Positions 25,871 to 35,081 of a stretch of 64,000 bases of DNA are shown piece by piece. The stretch's first letter is position 1. Every line of letters begins with the position of its first letter. The notes under the pieces are model-generated. The model searched no databases and had not been told where the DNA came from. It saw only the letters and a program-made list of their open reading frames with translations. The DNA is from Candidatus Methylacidiphilales bacterium. GTDB taxonomy: Bacteria; Verrucomicrobiota; Verrucomicrobiia; Methylacidiphilales; JANWVL01. The DNA lies in contig JANWVL010000110.1 in assembly GCA_025056655.1 (NCBI GenBank), positions 10,035 to 74,034 of the forward strand. Reading direction: 5' to 3'. Position numbers and translations under genes: made by a program.

Positions 25871-26705
25871 ATAAATGCGTGCCTCCCAAGAGCGCCAACA
25901 CAGCAAATAATCCCTCAGCCGAGCGCACCTCTTCTTCAAAGCATTCAAAGGCGTGCGGCAGGGCATTGCAAATTGGCCAGCCCAACTCCCATAAGCGGTA
26001 ACACTTCAGGAAAATATCGATCTGATAACGGATGCGTAATGCGCTGTCCTGCAAATTTCGATAATAAAATCCCAATCCTGGATCTATCCAAATTTTTTGA
26101 ACACCACAGCCCATCGCTTCATCTATTCGACGCCGAAAATAATCTTTCATCTTTTCCATGCCTTCTCGGCTTAAATCAAGGTCCCCGACTTCCCGCACAT
26201 TCTCACCCTCGACGAAACAAAGAATCACTGCACCATCGTAATCCGCGACCACTCGATAATGCTCCGTCGCTGAGCGACTTCCGGTTAAATTAAGAATTCT
26301 GGCTCCAGCTTCGAAGCAAGCACGAGTCACCTCAGGTTGATAAGTCTCTACTGAGACTAGTAGTCCTTCCTCACTCAACCGACGAACTACAGGTAACAAA
26401 CGCGAATTCTGCAGTGCAGCATCAACTCTCGCAGCGTGGGCCAATGAGGATTCAGCACCAACATCAACAATATCCGCTCCTTGTGCCTTGAGAATCAAGC
26501 CACGTCGTATAGCAGCCTGAGTGCTTAAGGATACACTCTCTCGATACCATGAGTCGGGGGAAAGGTTAATCACCCCCATGATGCTGGGATGCGTAGCACC
26601 GAACCCCTTTTCACCTACTTGAAAATGCCTTATTAAGGCACCGCATTTATCCCTAAGGACAGAAGCCTCCTCTGATAATAAACTTAACTGGTCTAGCCTT
26701 ACCAA
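25809..26705 (-). CDS. dihydropteroate synthase-like pterin-binding TIM-barrel protein (divergent)
   Basis: IMGVINLSPDSW, GADIVDVGAESS, WIDPGLGF and the C-terminal LFRTHEV align to the DHPS motifs MGILNVTPDSF, IIDVGGESTRPG, DPGFGF and IRVHDV. The loop-2 consensus is not conserved. The start codon is TTG. Confidence 0.6.
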   Translation of the reverse strand: MVRLDQLSLLSEEASVLRDKCGALIRHFQVGEKGFGATHPSIMGVINLSPDSWYRESVSLSTQAAIRRGLILKAQGADIVDVGAESSLAHAARVDAALQNSRLLPVVRRLSEEGLLVSVETYQPEVTRACFEAGARILNLTGSRSATEHYRVVADYDGAVILCFVEGENVREVGDLDLSREGMEKMKDYFRRRIDEAMGCGVQKIWIDPGLGFYYRNLQDSALRIRYQIDIFLKCYRLWELGWPICNALPHAFECFEEEVRSAEGLFAVLALLGGTHLFRTHEVPKVRAVLQTLSLWP

Positions 26706-26756
26706 TGATTATTCCTTCGTCTGATTGCGGCGTTGGAAAGTATAGCTAAGAGAAGG

Positions 26757-27719
26757 TTATTGACTTGCTGGATTCGGGCCTTGCACTGGGTCTGTCGGAA
26801 TGACAGGCGGCTGATCTTGTGGAGGCACAAGCCCAGTCGAAATCGTTCCCGGATTTGCAATACTGCCACCGTTCATTACTGTAGCGACTTTGCCATCGAA
26901 ATCCTTGAAGTCAGGAAGAATGTAATCGGCCATATATTCGAGATAGAGTAAGTTGCCTGCTGGCTTAGTTTCCCCAGAACCTTCCTTAAAGGCAGCGAAG
27001 AGCTCATCCACGCGATTGTCTTTTTTGTCCTCTGCTTCTTCGTCGATCTTAGTGTTGATAACAGTATTCCTCCCCACGACATCTAAGCGGGCGTCATCGT
27101 CTTTTGGCACAATGTATGCAGTAAATTCCCCCATGCGAGCACCTGGCACTTGAGGGGCTGGATTACCCTCACCCTTCTGATGAAAAATCATGATCTTACT
27201 CGGTCGGCTAGGATCGAAAACCCCTTGCCCGAGAGATGTATTTGCTTGGAAAGACTTCACATCCACATCTTCGCCTTCCATATCGACATTAAACATTACT
27301 CCACCACTCATGATCTCAAACAAGATTCCCCGGACAGTAGCTTGACTCCCTCGATCTTGAACGGGCAAATATGCCGGCCGGTTTGTCCTGGGATTCCAAG
27401 TCCAACTCACAGGCATATACATCATACGCCGCGTGATCTCACTGATTTGGCGTATGTTGCCTACACCAAAGCGAACAGTGGTGTTAGAAGTGATTTGAAA
27501 GATGTTGAATGTATTTTTGTATTGTGCTATAAGTTGCCCCGTTGGGCCCGTCCTAACGGTCGTCCCGGATGGTAGAATCTGTCCTGCAACTATTCCTTCC
27601 CCGCCTACTACGTTTGCGGCTGTTTTGACTGCTAAAACGCGAAACTCTGCTTCGGCCTTATTTGAGCATAGGTGTAAAATTAAAGCTATGGCACATGCGG
27701 ATAATGTGATAATTTTCAT
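26757..27719 (-). CDS. hypothetical secreted protein (possible FecR-like N-terminal beta region)
   Basis: 320 aa with signal peptide MKIITLSACAIALILHLCSNKAEA. The segment GQILPSGTTVRTGPTGQLIAQYKNTFNIFQITSNTTVRF loosely resembles FecR-domain sequences, so the functional call is weak. Confidence 0.5.
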   Translation of the reverse strand: MKIITLSACAIALILHLCSNKAEAEFRVLAVKTAANVVGGEGIVAGQILPSGTTVRTGPTGQLIAQYKNTFNIFQITSNTTVRFGVGNIRQISEITRRMMYMPVSWTWNPRTNRPAYLPVQDRGSQATVRGILFEIMSGGVMFNVDMEGEDVDVKSFQANTSLGQGVFDPSRPSKIMIFHQKGEGNPAPQVPGARMGEFTAYIVPKDDDARLDVVGRNTVINTKIDEEAEDKKDNRVDELFAAFKEGSGETKPAGNLLYLEYMADYILPDFKDFDGKVATVMNGGSIANPGTISTGLVPPQDQPPVIPTDPVQGPNPASQ

Positions 27720-27871
27720 ACCTTTATGTAAGCAAATGAGGCTTGTATGGTCAAGTTTTTTTTAACTAACAACACTTTTTTGCCCTCATAGGCAGTCCAG
27801 AAAAAAACCTAATACAAAGCGCTCCTATCCACTTTACTCTGTTGCGAGTTATTCTAATGTAATTTTTTCAG

Positions 27872-29623
27872 ATGACGGATCTTGCCAATCCTGCAGCGAA
27901 TACAAATAGTGAGGTCTTCCGTGACCCGCGAGTTCGGTTGGTTGTCATTATTCTTTCAGTCATCGTCTTGTTCTTGCTCGCACTCCCGACCTGGCGTGGG
28001 CTTAAACTTTGGCGTGCTCATATGCTCTGTGGAGAAGCAGAAGCGTTGATCGCAAATGAAGACTATGAAAAAGTCATCGAAAAATTGCAAGCAGCCTACA
28101 ATCTCTCCCCAGGTCTTCCCCGCGCTCGGCGTAATTTAGCACGCTTCTTTGCTCAACATGGTTCCGAGCAAGCCTTATTCTTTTGGCGTTCCTTACTCAA
28201 CGACGGCAAAGCCACCGAGGAAGATCAGCGAGAGATGGCATCCTTTGCCATAGCTATCGGTCAACGTGACCTAGCCGAGACCCTTGTCAATCGGCTCTAC
28301 CAAGAAAACCCATCAAAGCCTAGTAACCTGATGCTTATGGCCCAACTCTCCCTCCGCAACGGAGATAACAAGACCGCCGAAAGATGCCTCCGCCAGGCTA
28401 TCCAGATCTCTCCTAATTTCGCTGAAGCTTATTTTCTTCTATCCCGAGTATTATCGCTTTCAAAAGATGAAAAAGATCACCTTGAAGCCCGTCAAATCCT
28501 CATGGATTTGATACAGCGCAACGATCGTATCGCATTAGATGCTATTCGTCTTTTAGCACAAGACCTCAATCTGCCTCAGTCTGATGCTGAGCGGCTCATC
28601 TCACGGCTGCGTTCTCATCCATTGAGCAAGACCAAAGAGAAACTTCTAGCTTACACGATTGAGATTCGTTACCGCCCTGACGAACATGATGCCCTGATTC
28701 AAAAAGCGATCCAACAATATTCCAAAACTCCTGAGGAACTTGTAGAACTCGGTCGCTGGCTCAATCAAACACGTAATTTCGAACGCGTGCTTCAGGTGAT
28801 CAGCCCGGAGGCTGCCTTGCGTCGTCAAGATTACTTCTTGATCCGCATGGATGCTCTGGCCTCTCTTAAGCGCTGGGAAGAAGTGCTCAGAATTCTTCAA
28901 AAAGAACGTTGTCCGTTACCCACTTACATCCTCCACCTCTATACATACCGCGCCTTAAAAGAGCTCAATCAACCAGAGGATGCCCAACTAGCCTGGACAC
29001 GGGCTCTGAGTGCTGCCAACGGCGCGCAGCCCCTCATGTATCTAGCCCAATATGCCGAACGCATAGGTGCAATTCATAATGCGATCGCAGCTTACGAGAG
29101 ATTGACGGGCCATACGATGGCAGCACGCATTGCCTACCTTGCTCTCGTGCGCCTACGTCAACAACTCCCCGATACTGAAGCTTTACGACATGTTTACGAA
29201 CGCATGGTGAAGCTGACCCCCCAAGACCCCGTGATCCGCAACGACCTTGCCTATCTGAATTTGTTACTAAAAGAAAAAATACAGGAATCTTTTCAGGTTG
29301 CCCAACATCTCGTCGAGACGCTCCCGCACATGCTAGCCTTTCGAATCACCCTAGCCCTAGCGTATCTTAGGCAGCAAGATCCGGAGAAGGCACTGGGGCC
29401 CTTAGATAACTTACCAGTTGACTGGAAAACGCTCCAACCCTCCTGGCGCGCTATTTACGCCGCCGTTTTGGCGGCTAACAAACGGATCGCCGAAGCAGAA
29501 GATCTCCTAACGGGTGTTTCCGCTTCGCAAATTCGCAATGAAGAAATCGCTTTGCTCAAGGAATATAACCTCACACCGCGTGGAGAGTCGGCAACACAGA
29601 AGGTAAAGCCTCGCGAAAGCTAG
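27872..29623 (+). CDS. TPR-repeat protein with N-terminal TM anchor
   Basis: 583 aa. An N-terminal helix (VVIILSVIVLFLLALPTW) is followed by repeated 34-aa-type helical motifs, e.g. AEAYFLLSRVLS, AIAAYERLTG and ALAYLRQQDPEKAL. Confidence 0.7.
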   Translation: MTDLANPAANTNSEVFRDPRVRLVVIILSVIVLFLLALPTWRGLKLWRAHMLCGEAEALIANEDYEKVIEKLQAAYNLSPGLPRARRNLARFFAQHGSEQALFFWRSLLNDGKATEEDQREMASFAIAIGQRDLAETLVNRLYQENPSKPSNLMLMAQLSLRNGDNKTAERCLRQAIQISPNFAEAYFLLSRVLSLSKDEKDHLEARQILMDLIQRNDRIALDAIRLLAQDLNLPQSDAERLISRLRSHPLSKTKEKLLAYTIEIRYRPDEHDALIQKAIQQYSKTPEELVELGRWLNQTRNFERVLQVISPEAALRRQDYFLIRMDALASLKRWEEVLRILQKERCPLPTYILHLYTYRALKELNQPEDAQLAWTRALSAANGAQPLMYLAQYAERIGAIHNAIAAYERLTGHTMAARIAYLALVRLRQQLPDTEALRHVYERMVKLTPQDPVIRNDLAYLNLLLKEKIQESFQVAQHLVETLPHMLAFRITLALAYLRQQDPEKALGPLDNLPVDWKTLQPSWRAIYAAVLAANKRIAEAEDLLTGVSASQIRNEEIALLKEYNLTPRGESATQKVKPRES

Positions 29624-30461
29624 AAAAACGAGGCTTCCAACCCAATGCTCGCATTTTCTGATTAGATACACGCTTACTCGTCAAGCCACGTTTGCGATGA
29701 GGATTAGGCGGGGCAACCAAGGGAAGTGGTCGATCAAGCCAGCTACACAGATAAGTATAGAATTCTTTTTGCGTTACAGGTGTGTCATCTGTTACATTAT
29801 AAATTCTTGGATGAGGTAGGCTGTCTGGATCCTCCAGGATCTTTCGAATGAGTAACAAAAGAGCTGGCACAGCATCATCTCGATGAATTTGGTTAAGCAC
29901 CCGTTCTCCATCTGCGTCGAGTGTCGCCACACCACGAAGTAGTTTTTCCACAAGTGCCCAGCGTCCAGGCCCATAAAGGCCAGAAAGACGAGCTACGACG
30001 CCGCCTTTTGAAAGCACTAACTCTTCTGAATCTCGGAGAATGCGGCCTGTGCCCGTGGAAGGCTCAGCGAGTGATGACTCCGTCACGATCGAACCATCTT
30101 TTTGTCCATAGACAGATGTTGAGGAGACAAAAAGAATCTTGCTCTCAGGGAAATGCCGAATTAGGCGAGCAATTGTTTCATAATAAAGGCTCCGATAGGC
30201 TTCCTCATCGCCGCCACGCGTAGATGCCATGTGGAGTATCAGGGTCGGTTGTCGAAACGGCAACAATTCCAAACTCTGCGGTGCTGTAATATCGAGACTC
30301 AACGTAGGGATAGATCGGGCGCTAAGCTCCATTGCGCGCTGGGGTTGACGAGTGATGCAGATGAGTTGAGGGACTATTTTGATAAGACAAGAAGCCAAAG
30401 CAGAGCCCAAAAAACCAGGACCAATCAATACAACAGAAGGAGAATAAGCGCTAGGTGCCAA
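29571..30461 (-). CDS. NAD(P)-dependent epimerase/dehydratase-family (SDR) protein
   Basis: 296 aa with Rossmann motif VVLIGPGFLGSALA near the N-terminus, SSTSVYG, and extended-SDR architecture. The start codon is TTG. It overlaps the glmM stop by 11 nt. Confidence 0.7.
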   Translation of the reverse strand: MAPSAYSPSVVLIGPGFLGSALASCLIKIVPQLICITRQPQRAMELSARSIPTLSLDITAPQSLELLPFRQPTLILHMASTRGGDEEAYRSLYYETIARLIRHFPESKILFVSSTSVYGQKDGSIVTESSLAEPSTGTGRILRDSEELVLSKGGVVARLSGLYGPGRWALVEKLLRGVATLDADGERVLNQIHRDDAVPALLLLIRKILEDPDSLPHPRIYNVTDDTPVTQKEFYTYLCSWLDRPLPLVAPPNPHRKRGLTSKRVSNQKMRALGWKPRFSSFREALPSVLPTLHAV

Positions 30462-31800
30462 GGACTGACTTTATAGGTTGTAGAATGTGATTGGAAATGT
30501 AAGAAACTTGATCTGCATTTTTGGCTTCGACTAACAACCTAATCTTAGGCTCTGTGCCTGAGTAACGAAGCAAAACTCGCCCCTGATTACCCAACGCTTT
30601 CTCAGCTTCTCTGAGGGCTTGAGTGATCTCAGGAATGCTTTCAAGTGGCGGTTTTTCACGCACGTTCACATTGAACTGAGCTTGTGGGTATTTATTTATG
30701 CATTTGCGAAGCTGGCTTAATGGCTGATGAGACACTTTCATAATCCGTAAAATTTGAAGGGCTGTCACCAGACCGTCGCCAGTCGTAGCATAGTCTCTCA
30801 CGATAATATGGCCGGATTGTTCCCCCCCTAAATTATAATCTCCCCGAAGCATTTCCTCTATAACATGCTTGTCACCAATCGGGACACGAACAACTTTGCC
30901 CCCAGCCTGACTCAAAGCCTCGTCTAAGCCCAAGTTGGACATATGAGTGGCGACGACAGTTGCATGTTGAAGACGTTTCTGTTTCAGAAAATCGAGGGCG
31001 ATTATGGCTAGAATCTCATCCCCATCGAGCAGTTCATGATTTTCATCGCAAAGAAGCACACGATCAGCATCTCCGTCATGAGCAATTCCAATTTGAGCTT
31101 GATGTTCTTTCATGGCTTGTAGCAGTGCCTCTGGATGGGTGCTCCCGCAATGATGATTGATATTACAACCGTCTGGTTGGGCATGGATGGTTATCACTTC
31201 AGCACCTAGCTCGCGCAAGACAGACGGTGTCGTCTCAGTTGCTGCCCCATTTGCGCAGTCAACGACGATCTTTATACCATGAAGCCGCTCGGTGAAAGAA
31301 AAGGAGTCTTGAGCCTTAAGCTTGTAAAAGCCAGCTGCATTCTCAAAATATGATACACGGCCAATACCAAATCCAATAGGGCTAGTCGTATCCATCCCCT
31401 TTTGTAAAATGAGGTTTTCAAGATGGGCCTCGATCTCAGGTGAACATTTGTAACCGTCACTTTGAAAAACTTTTAGCCCGTTATCCTCGAAGGAATTATG
31501 AGAGGCACTGATCATAATGCCTGCAGCAGCCCCAAAATTCTTGGTTAATAAAGCCACCGCAGGAGTGGGAACAACTCCAAGGAGCGTAACGTCCATGCCG
31601 CCTGAGGTGAGCCCAGCTACGACGGCTGACTCCAGCATGTCGCAAGATAGCCGAGTATCGCGCCCCACAAGCACCCGCCTGCGACCTGTCTCCGAAAATA
31701 CCTGTGCCACTGCCTTCCCAAGTCGCAGTGCAATCTCTGCTGTGACCGGCTCTTGATTCGCAACACCGCGGATACCATCTGTGCCAAATAAATAACCCAT
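30451..31800 (-). CDS. glmM: phosphoglucosamine mutase
   Basis: MGYLFGTDGIRGVANQEP, the active-site Ser loop MISASHNSFEDNGLK, the metal loop AHDGDADR and GGEQSGH are all present. The track start at 31806 is TTG, and the ATG at 31800 matches family N-termini. Confidence 0.95.
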   Translation of the reverse strand: MGYLFGTDGIRGVANQEPVTAEIALRLGKAVAQVFSETGRRRVLVGRDTRLSCDMLESAVVAGLTSGGMDVTLLGVVPTPAVALLTKNFGAAAGIMISASHNSFEDNGLKVFQSDGYKCSPEIEAHLENLILQKGMDTTSPIGFGIGRVSYFENAAGFYKLKAQDSFSFTERLHGIKIVVDCANGAATETTPSVLRELGAEVITIHAQPDGCNINHHCGSTHPEALLQAMKEHQAQIGIAHDGDADRVLLCDENHELLDGDEILAIIALDFLKQKRLQHATVVATHMSNLGLDEALSQAGGKVVRVPIGDKHVIEEMLRGDYNLGGEQSGHIIVRDYATTGDGLVTALQILRIMKVSHQPLSQLRKCINKYPQAQFNVNVREKPPLESIPEITQALREAEKALGNQGRVLLRYSGTEPKIRLLVEAKNADQVSYISNHILQPIKSVLGT

Positions 31801-31829
31801 GACCAATCAAATCTTAGTAGGTAATTTTG

Positions 31830-31985
31830 TCACCTCGGCTTGTTTAATGTTCCTGTTAAAAGCTGGTCAAATATGCCAGGCTCAATCTCGTTTTTAATGT
31901 ATGTCCATATCAGCAAAGCAATTGTAAAACATAAAAGTTTTTCCTTCCAGTTGTGAATAAGAACACGCCTGACAATTTCTATCAT
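31830..31985 (-). CDS. 51-aa small membrane ORF resembling the N-terminal TM segment of CdaR (YbbR)
   Basis: Below the ORF-track size cutoff; translated by hand as MIEIVRRVLIHNWKEKLLCFTIALLIWTYIKNEIEPGIFDQLLTGTLNKPR*. It starts 13 nt after the cdaA stop and ends 29 nt before the glmM ATG. The pattern NW-x2-K-x7-A-LL-x-W-x-Y matches the conserved start of YbbR/CdaR proteins. Confidence 0.45.
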   Translation of the reverse strand: MIEIVRRVLIHNWKEKLLCFTIALLIWTYIKNEIEPGIFDQLLTGTLNKPR

Positions 31986-31998
31986 GAGCAATAATTAC

Positions 31999-32742
31999 TC
32001 AGATAAGTTTTTCTGTCAAGTAAGATCTCAGCTCATCTGAAGTCAGAGGTTGAATAAGTTTTCCACCGTGTGCCACTGCAATAGTCCCACTCTCTTCGGA
32101 AAGAATAACTACTATAGCGTCAGTCTGCTCACTCAGCCCCAAGGCTGCACGATGACGAAGCCCGCAAGTTCGAGAAAGGCTGTTATCCTCAGACACGGGA
32201 AAGATTGCTGCAGCTACGACTATACGGTCATCCTTTATGATAACCCCTCCATCATGCAAAGGCGTTCTGTTGTGAAATAAGGTCACAATTAGATCCGTGC
32301 TCACTTTTGCATCGAGCACAGTCCCTGTCTCGCGACCAGGAGCATATGAGACGGCGCGCTCAAAGGCGATTAGGGCTCCAAGTTTCTCCTGCTGAAGAAT
32401 TTCTATGGCTGAAACAACAGCTTCTATCACCTCCGTCTGCACCCGAGATGCTATACGTGTCGATTTGCTGCCAAGATCCGCAAGTAATTGACGCACTTCA
32501 GGTTGAAAAATAACTACCAGCGCAATAAAGAAAAACCCGCTGATTTTCAAAATTAGATAGCTGATGACTTTGAGTTGCAAAATCTGAGTAACAGCCAAAG
32601 CCACTACCATCACAAGCACAAGTCCAGCCAATACACGTGCGCCTCTCGTGCCTCGGAGAAGTTTCCAGCTATGATAAATAGCTGCCGCCATGAGCGTCAC
32701 TTCGATAAGCCAAGAAAAAAGGAGCCACGTGAGGGTAAACAT
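31999..32742 (-). CDS. cdaA: diadenylate cyclase CdaA (DAC domain, three N-terminal TM helices)
   Basis: 247 aa with TPLHDGGVIIKDDRIVVAAAIFPVS and GLRHRAALGLSEQTDAIVVILSEESGTIAVAHGG (DGA and RHR motifs of the DisA_N/DAC domain). It sits in the conserved cdaA-glmM neighbourhood. Confidence 0.92.
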   Translation of the reverse strand: MFTLTWLLFSWLIEVTLMAAAIYHSWKLLRGTRGARVLAGLVLVMVVALAVTQILQLKVISYLILKISGFFFIALVVIFQPEVRQLLADLGSKSTRIASRVQTEVIEAVVSAIEILQQEKLGALIAFERAVSYAPGRETGTVLDAKVSTDLIVTLFHNRTPLHDGGVIIKDDRIVVAAAIFPVSEDNSLSRTCGLRHRAALGLSEQTDAIVVILSEESGTIAVAHGGKLIQPLTSDELRSYLTEKLI

Positions 32743-32768
32743 TATCTCATTTCACTTCCTTACTATTC

Positions 32769-33551
32769 CTACATCACCCAAGCTTCAGCCCCCCTATCTT
32801 GCGATGCAACACAGACCTCAATTTTATCCATGCCGTGCTCACGTAGCCCCGACTGCACGCAACGCAAGGCAACATCTGGAGAGTTACAGTCTTCACTGAG
32901 ATGTCCCAAAATAACCCTTTGTAAACCTTCCCATGCAACCCCTAACAAAAAATCACGTGCAGCCTCATTCGATAGGTGACCAAAACGAGAAAGGATTCGC
33001 TGTTTTACATCCCAAGGCCGCAAGGGATCATTGTGAAGCATCGTCAGATCGTAATTCGCCTCAAGGATTAAACCGTTCAAGCCTTGGAACGCATGCACAT
33101 CAAGATGAGTAGCCTTGCCTAAGTCTGTGATAATTCCAAATCGAGCATTGCCGTAATCCATGACAATTGCGATCGGTTCCACTGCATCGTGAGAAATCTT
33201 ATGCGTTCGAATCGCTACGCCGGCCAATGAAAAAACTTGTCCTGTCTCAAAAACCCGCCACTCCGGATAGTCTGCAAGAAACTTTTTACGCAACACCGTA
33301 GCTGTGCCACGATTTGCATAAAGCTTTAGTTTATGTCGTTTAGCCAACACCGGCAAAGCATCGATGTGATCACCGTGCTCGTGGGTGATTAAAACGCCTT
33401 CCAGCTCCTCTACTAACACACCCTCTGCTTCCAGGCGGCGCACTAGCTCCCTTCCACTCAATCCCGCATCTACCAAAAATGCGCCGTGATCGGACTGGAC
33501 AAGGGTCGAATTCCCACGACTCCCGCTCGCCAGTAGTTTTACACGCCACAT
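32769..33551 (-). CDS. MBL-fold metallo-hydrolase (YycJ/WalJ-like)
   Basis: 260 aa. ASGSRGNSTLV and the HxHxDH motif (ITHEHGDHIDAL) are present, with HLS near the C-terminal third. Confidence 0.8.
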   Translation of the reverse strand: MWRVKLLASGSRGNSTLVQSDHGAFLVDAGLSGRELVRRLEAEGVLVEELEGVLITHEHGDHIDALPVLAKRHKLKLYANRGTATVLRKKFLADYPEWRVFETGQVFSLAGVAIRTHKISHDAVEPIAIVMDYGNARFGIITDLGKATHLDVHAFQGLNGLILEANYDLTMLHNDPLRPWDVKQRILSRFGHLSNEAARDFLLGVAWEGLQRVILGHLSEDCNSPDVALRCVQSGLREHGMDKIEVCVASQDRGAEAWVM

Positions 33552-33652
33552 GTCGCAGGTTTAACAATTAAGCCATACTTATGCAAGCAATTACCGTGCC
33601 TATCTCTACTAAAATTATTGTTTTACATCCACGCTTCTGATAAATCCTCATC

Positions 33653-35056
33653 ATGCAAAATGTGGGGCTCTCACAAAGCTTATCCCTCAGCCAACAACTC
33701 TCTCCACAAATGCAATATTCCCTAAGAATATTGCAAGCCCAGATACTAGAACTTCAATCTTTAGTCCAAAAAGAAATCAATGAAAATCCTCTACTAGAAG
33801 ACGAACGACTATCAGAGACCCCATCTGAAGACCCTTCTGAGGAGCCTCCCGAACCTCAGCTCTCCCCCGATTACTCATGGCGCGAGTATTTTTCTCAGTC
33901 CATCCCCACAAAATCATTTTCCTCCACCGCTAACGCTGAATCCACAGACCGTCATCAACAATTTCTCGATGCTCAATCCACAGAAACTACACTCACCGAA
34001 CATTTGCTCCGACAACTTCTCATTGCCACCCCCCCTCCGCCAATACGCAAAGCAGCTGAAGAAATAATCTGGAATTTAGATGAAAACGGTTTCCTACACG
34101 TCTCGCTCTACGACATTGCTCAAAGCACCAAAACAGACTATGAAACTGTCCAAAAAGCGCTTGAACTCGTCCAATCCTTTGAACCCGCCGGCGTTGCCGC
34201 GCGAGACCTCTCAGAGTCTCTCGCCCTACAACTACAGCGATACCACCCGAATTCAAAATTAGAAATCCAAATCGTTACGCATCACCTCGAAGCCTTAGCC
34301 AGACGACACTACAACGAGATTGCACGTGCCCTTAACGTTTCCCGCAAACGAGTCATTCAAGCCTCAAAACTCATACAAAAACTTAACCCTCACCCCGCAA
34401 GCAACTACGCTCCTACGCCTCGCTTCAACATAATCTATCCAGAGATAGAAATCGAAAAAATAAATGACCAATGGGTCGTGACACTCCTTGAAGATGAACT
34501 CCCCAAAATCCGCATCAACACCACCTACAAAGATCTCCTTGCAGCCCAAGCCCACAATCCAGAAATTAAAGAATACCTTAAAGAAAAACTTCGCTCAGGC
34601 CAATTCTTAATAAAAGCCATAAAATTACGCCAAGATACCCTCCGTCGAATTGCAGAAAGAATCCTCCACCATCAAAAAGCTTTCTTTGAAAAAGGTCCCG
34701 ACCATCTTGCCCCACTCACCATGAACCAAATCGCGCAAGAACTCAATATCCACGAGACCACAGTTTCTCGCAGTATTGCCAACAAAGCGCTCCGATGTCC
34801 TCACGGGGTCTTTCCCCTAAGACATTTCTTTAGCACAGCCGTAAAAACAAAGACCGGTGAATCCTTGGCTAACACCACAGCCAAGGAAATAGTCGCCGAA
34901 ATCATAAAAAATGAAGATCCACAAAACCCCCTCTCAGATCAAGAGATCTACGAAAAACTCTCCGAGCGTGGCCTCGTGCTCGCTCGGCGCACCATAGCAA
35001 AATATCGCAAAGAGCTCGGTATTCTCCCATCCCATCTGCGTAAGCAAGTAGCCTGA
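33653..35056 (+). CDS. rpoN: RNA polymerase sigma-54 factor
   Basis: 467 aa. Region I is LSQQLSPQMQYSLRILQ. The C-terminal HTH and RpoN box are present: LTMNQIAQELNIHETTVSRSIANK...ARRTIAKYRKELGI. Confidence 0.95.
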   Translation: MQNVGLSQSLSLSQQLSPQMQYSLRILQAQILELQSLVQKEINENPLLEDERLSETPSEDPSEEPPEPQLSPDYSWREYFSQSIPTKSFSSTANAESTDRHQQFLDAQSTETTLTEHLLRQLLIATPPPPIRKAAEEIIWNLDENGFLHVSLYDIAQSTKTDYETVQKALELVQSFEPAGVAARDLSESLALQLQRYHPNSKLEIQIVTHHLEALARRHYNEIARALNVSRKRVIQASKLIQKLNPHPASNYAPTPRFNIIYPEIEIEKINDQWVVTLLEDELPKIRINTTYKDLLAAQAHNPEIKEYLKEKLRSGQFLIKAIKLRQDTLRRIAERILHHQKAFFEKGPDHLAPLTMNQIAQELNIHETTVSRSIANKALRCPHGVFPLRHFFSTAVKTKTGESLANTTAKEIVAEIIKNEDPQNPLSDQEIYEKLSERGLVLARRTIAKYRKELGILPSHLRKQVA

Positions 35057-35081
35057 TGACGCCCCGCTACTTGTCCCATCC

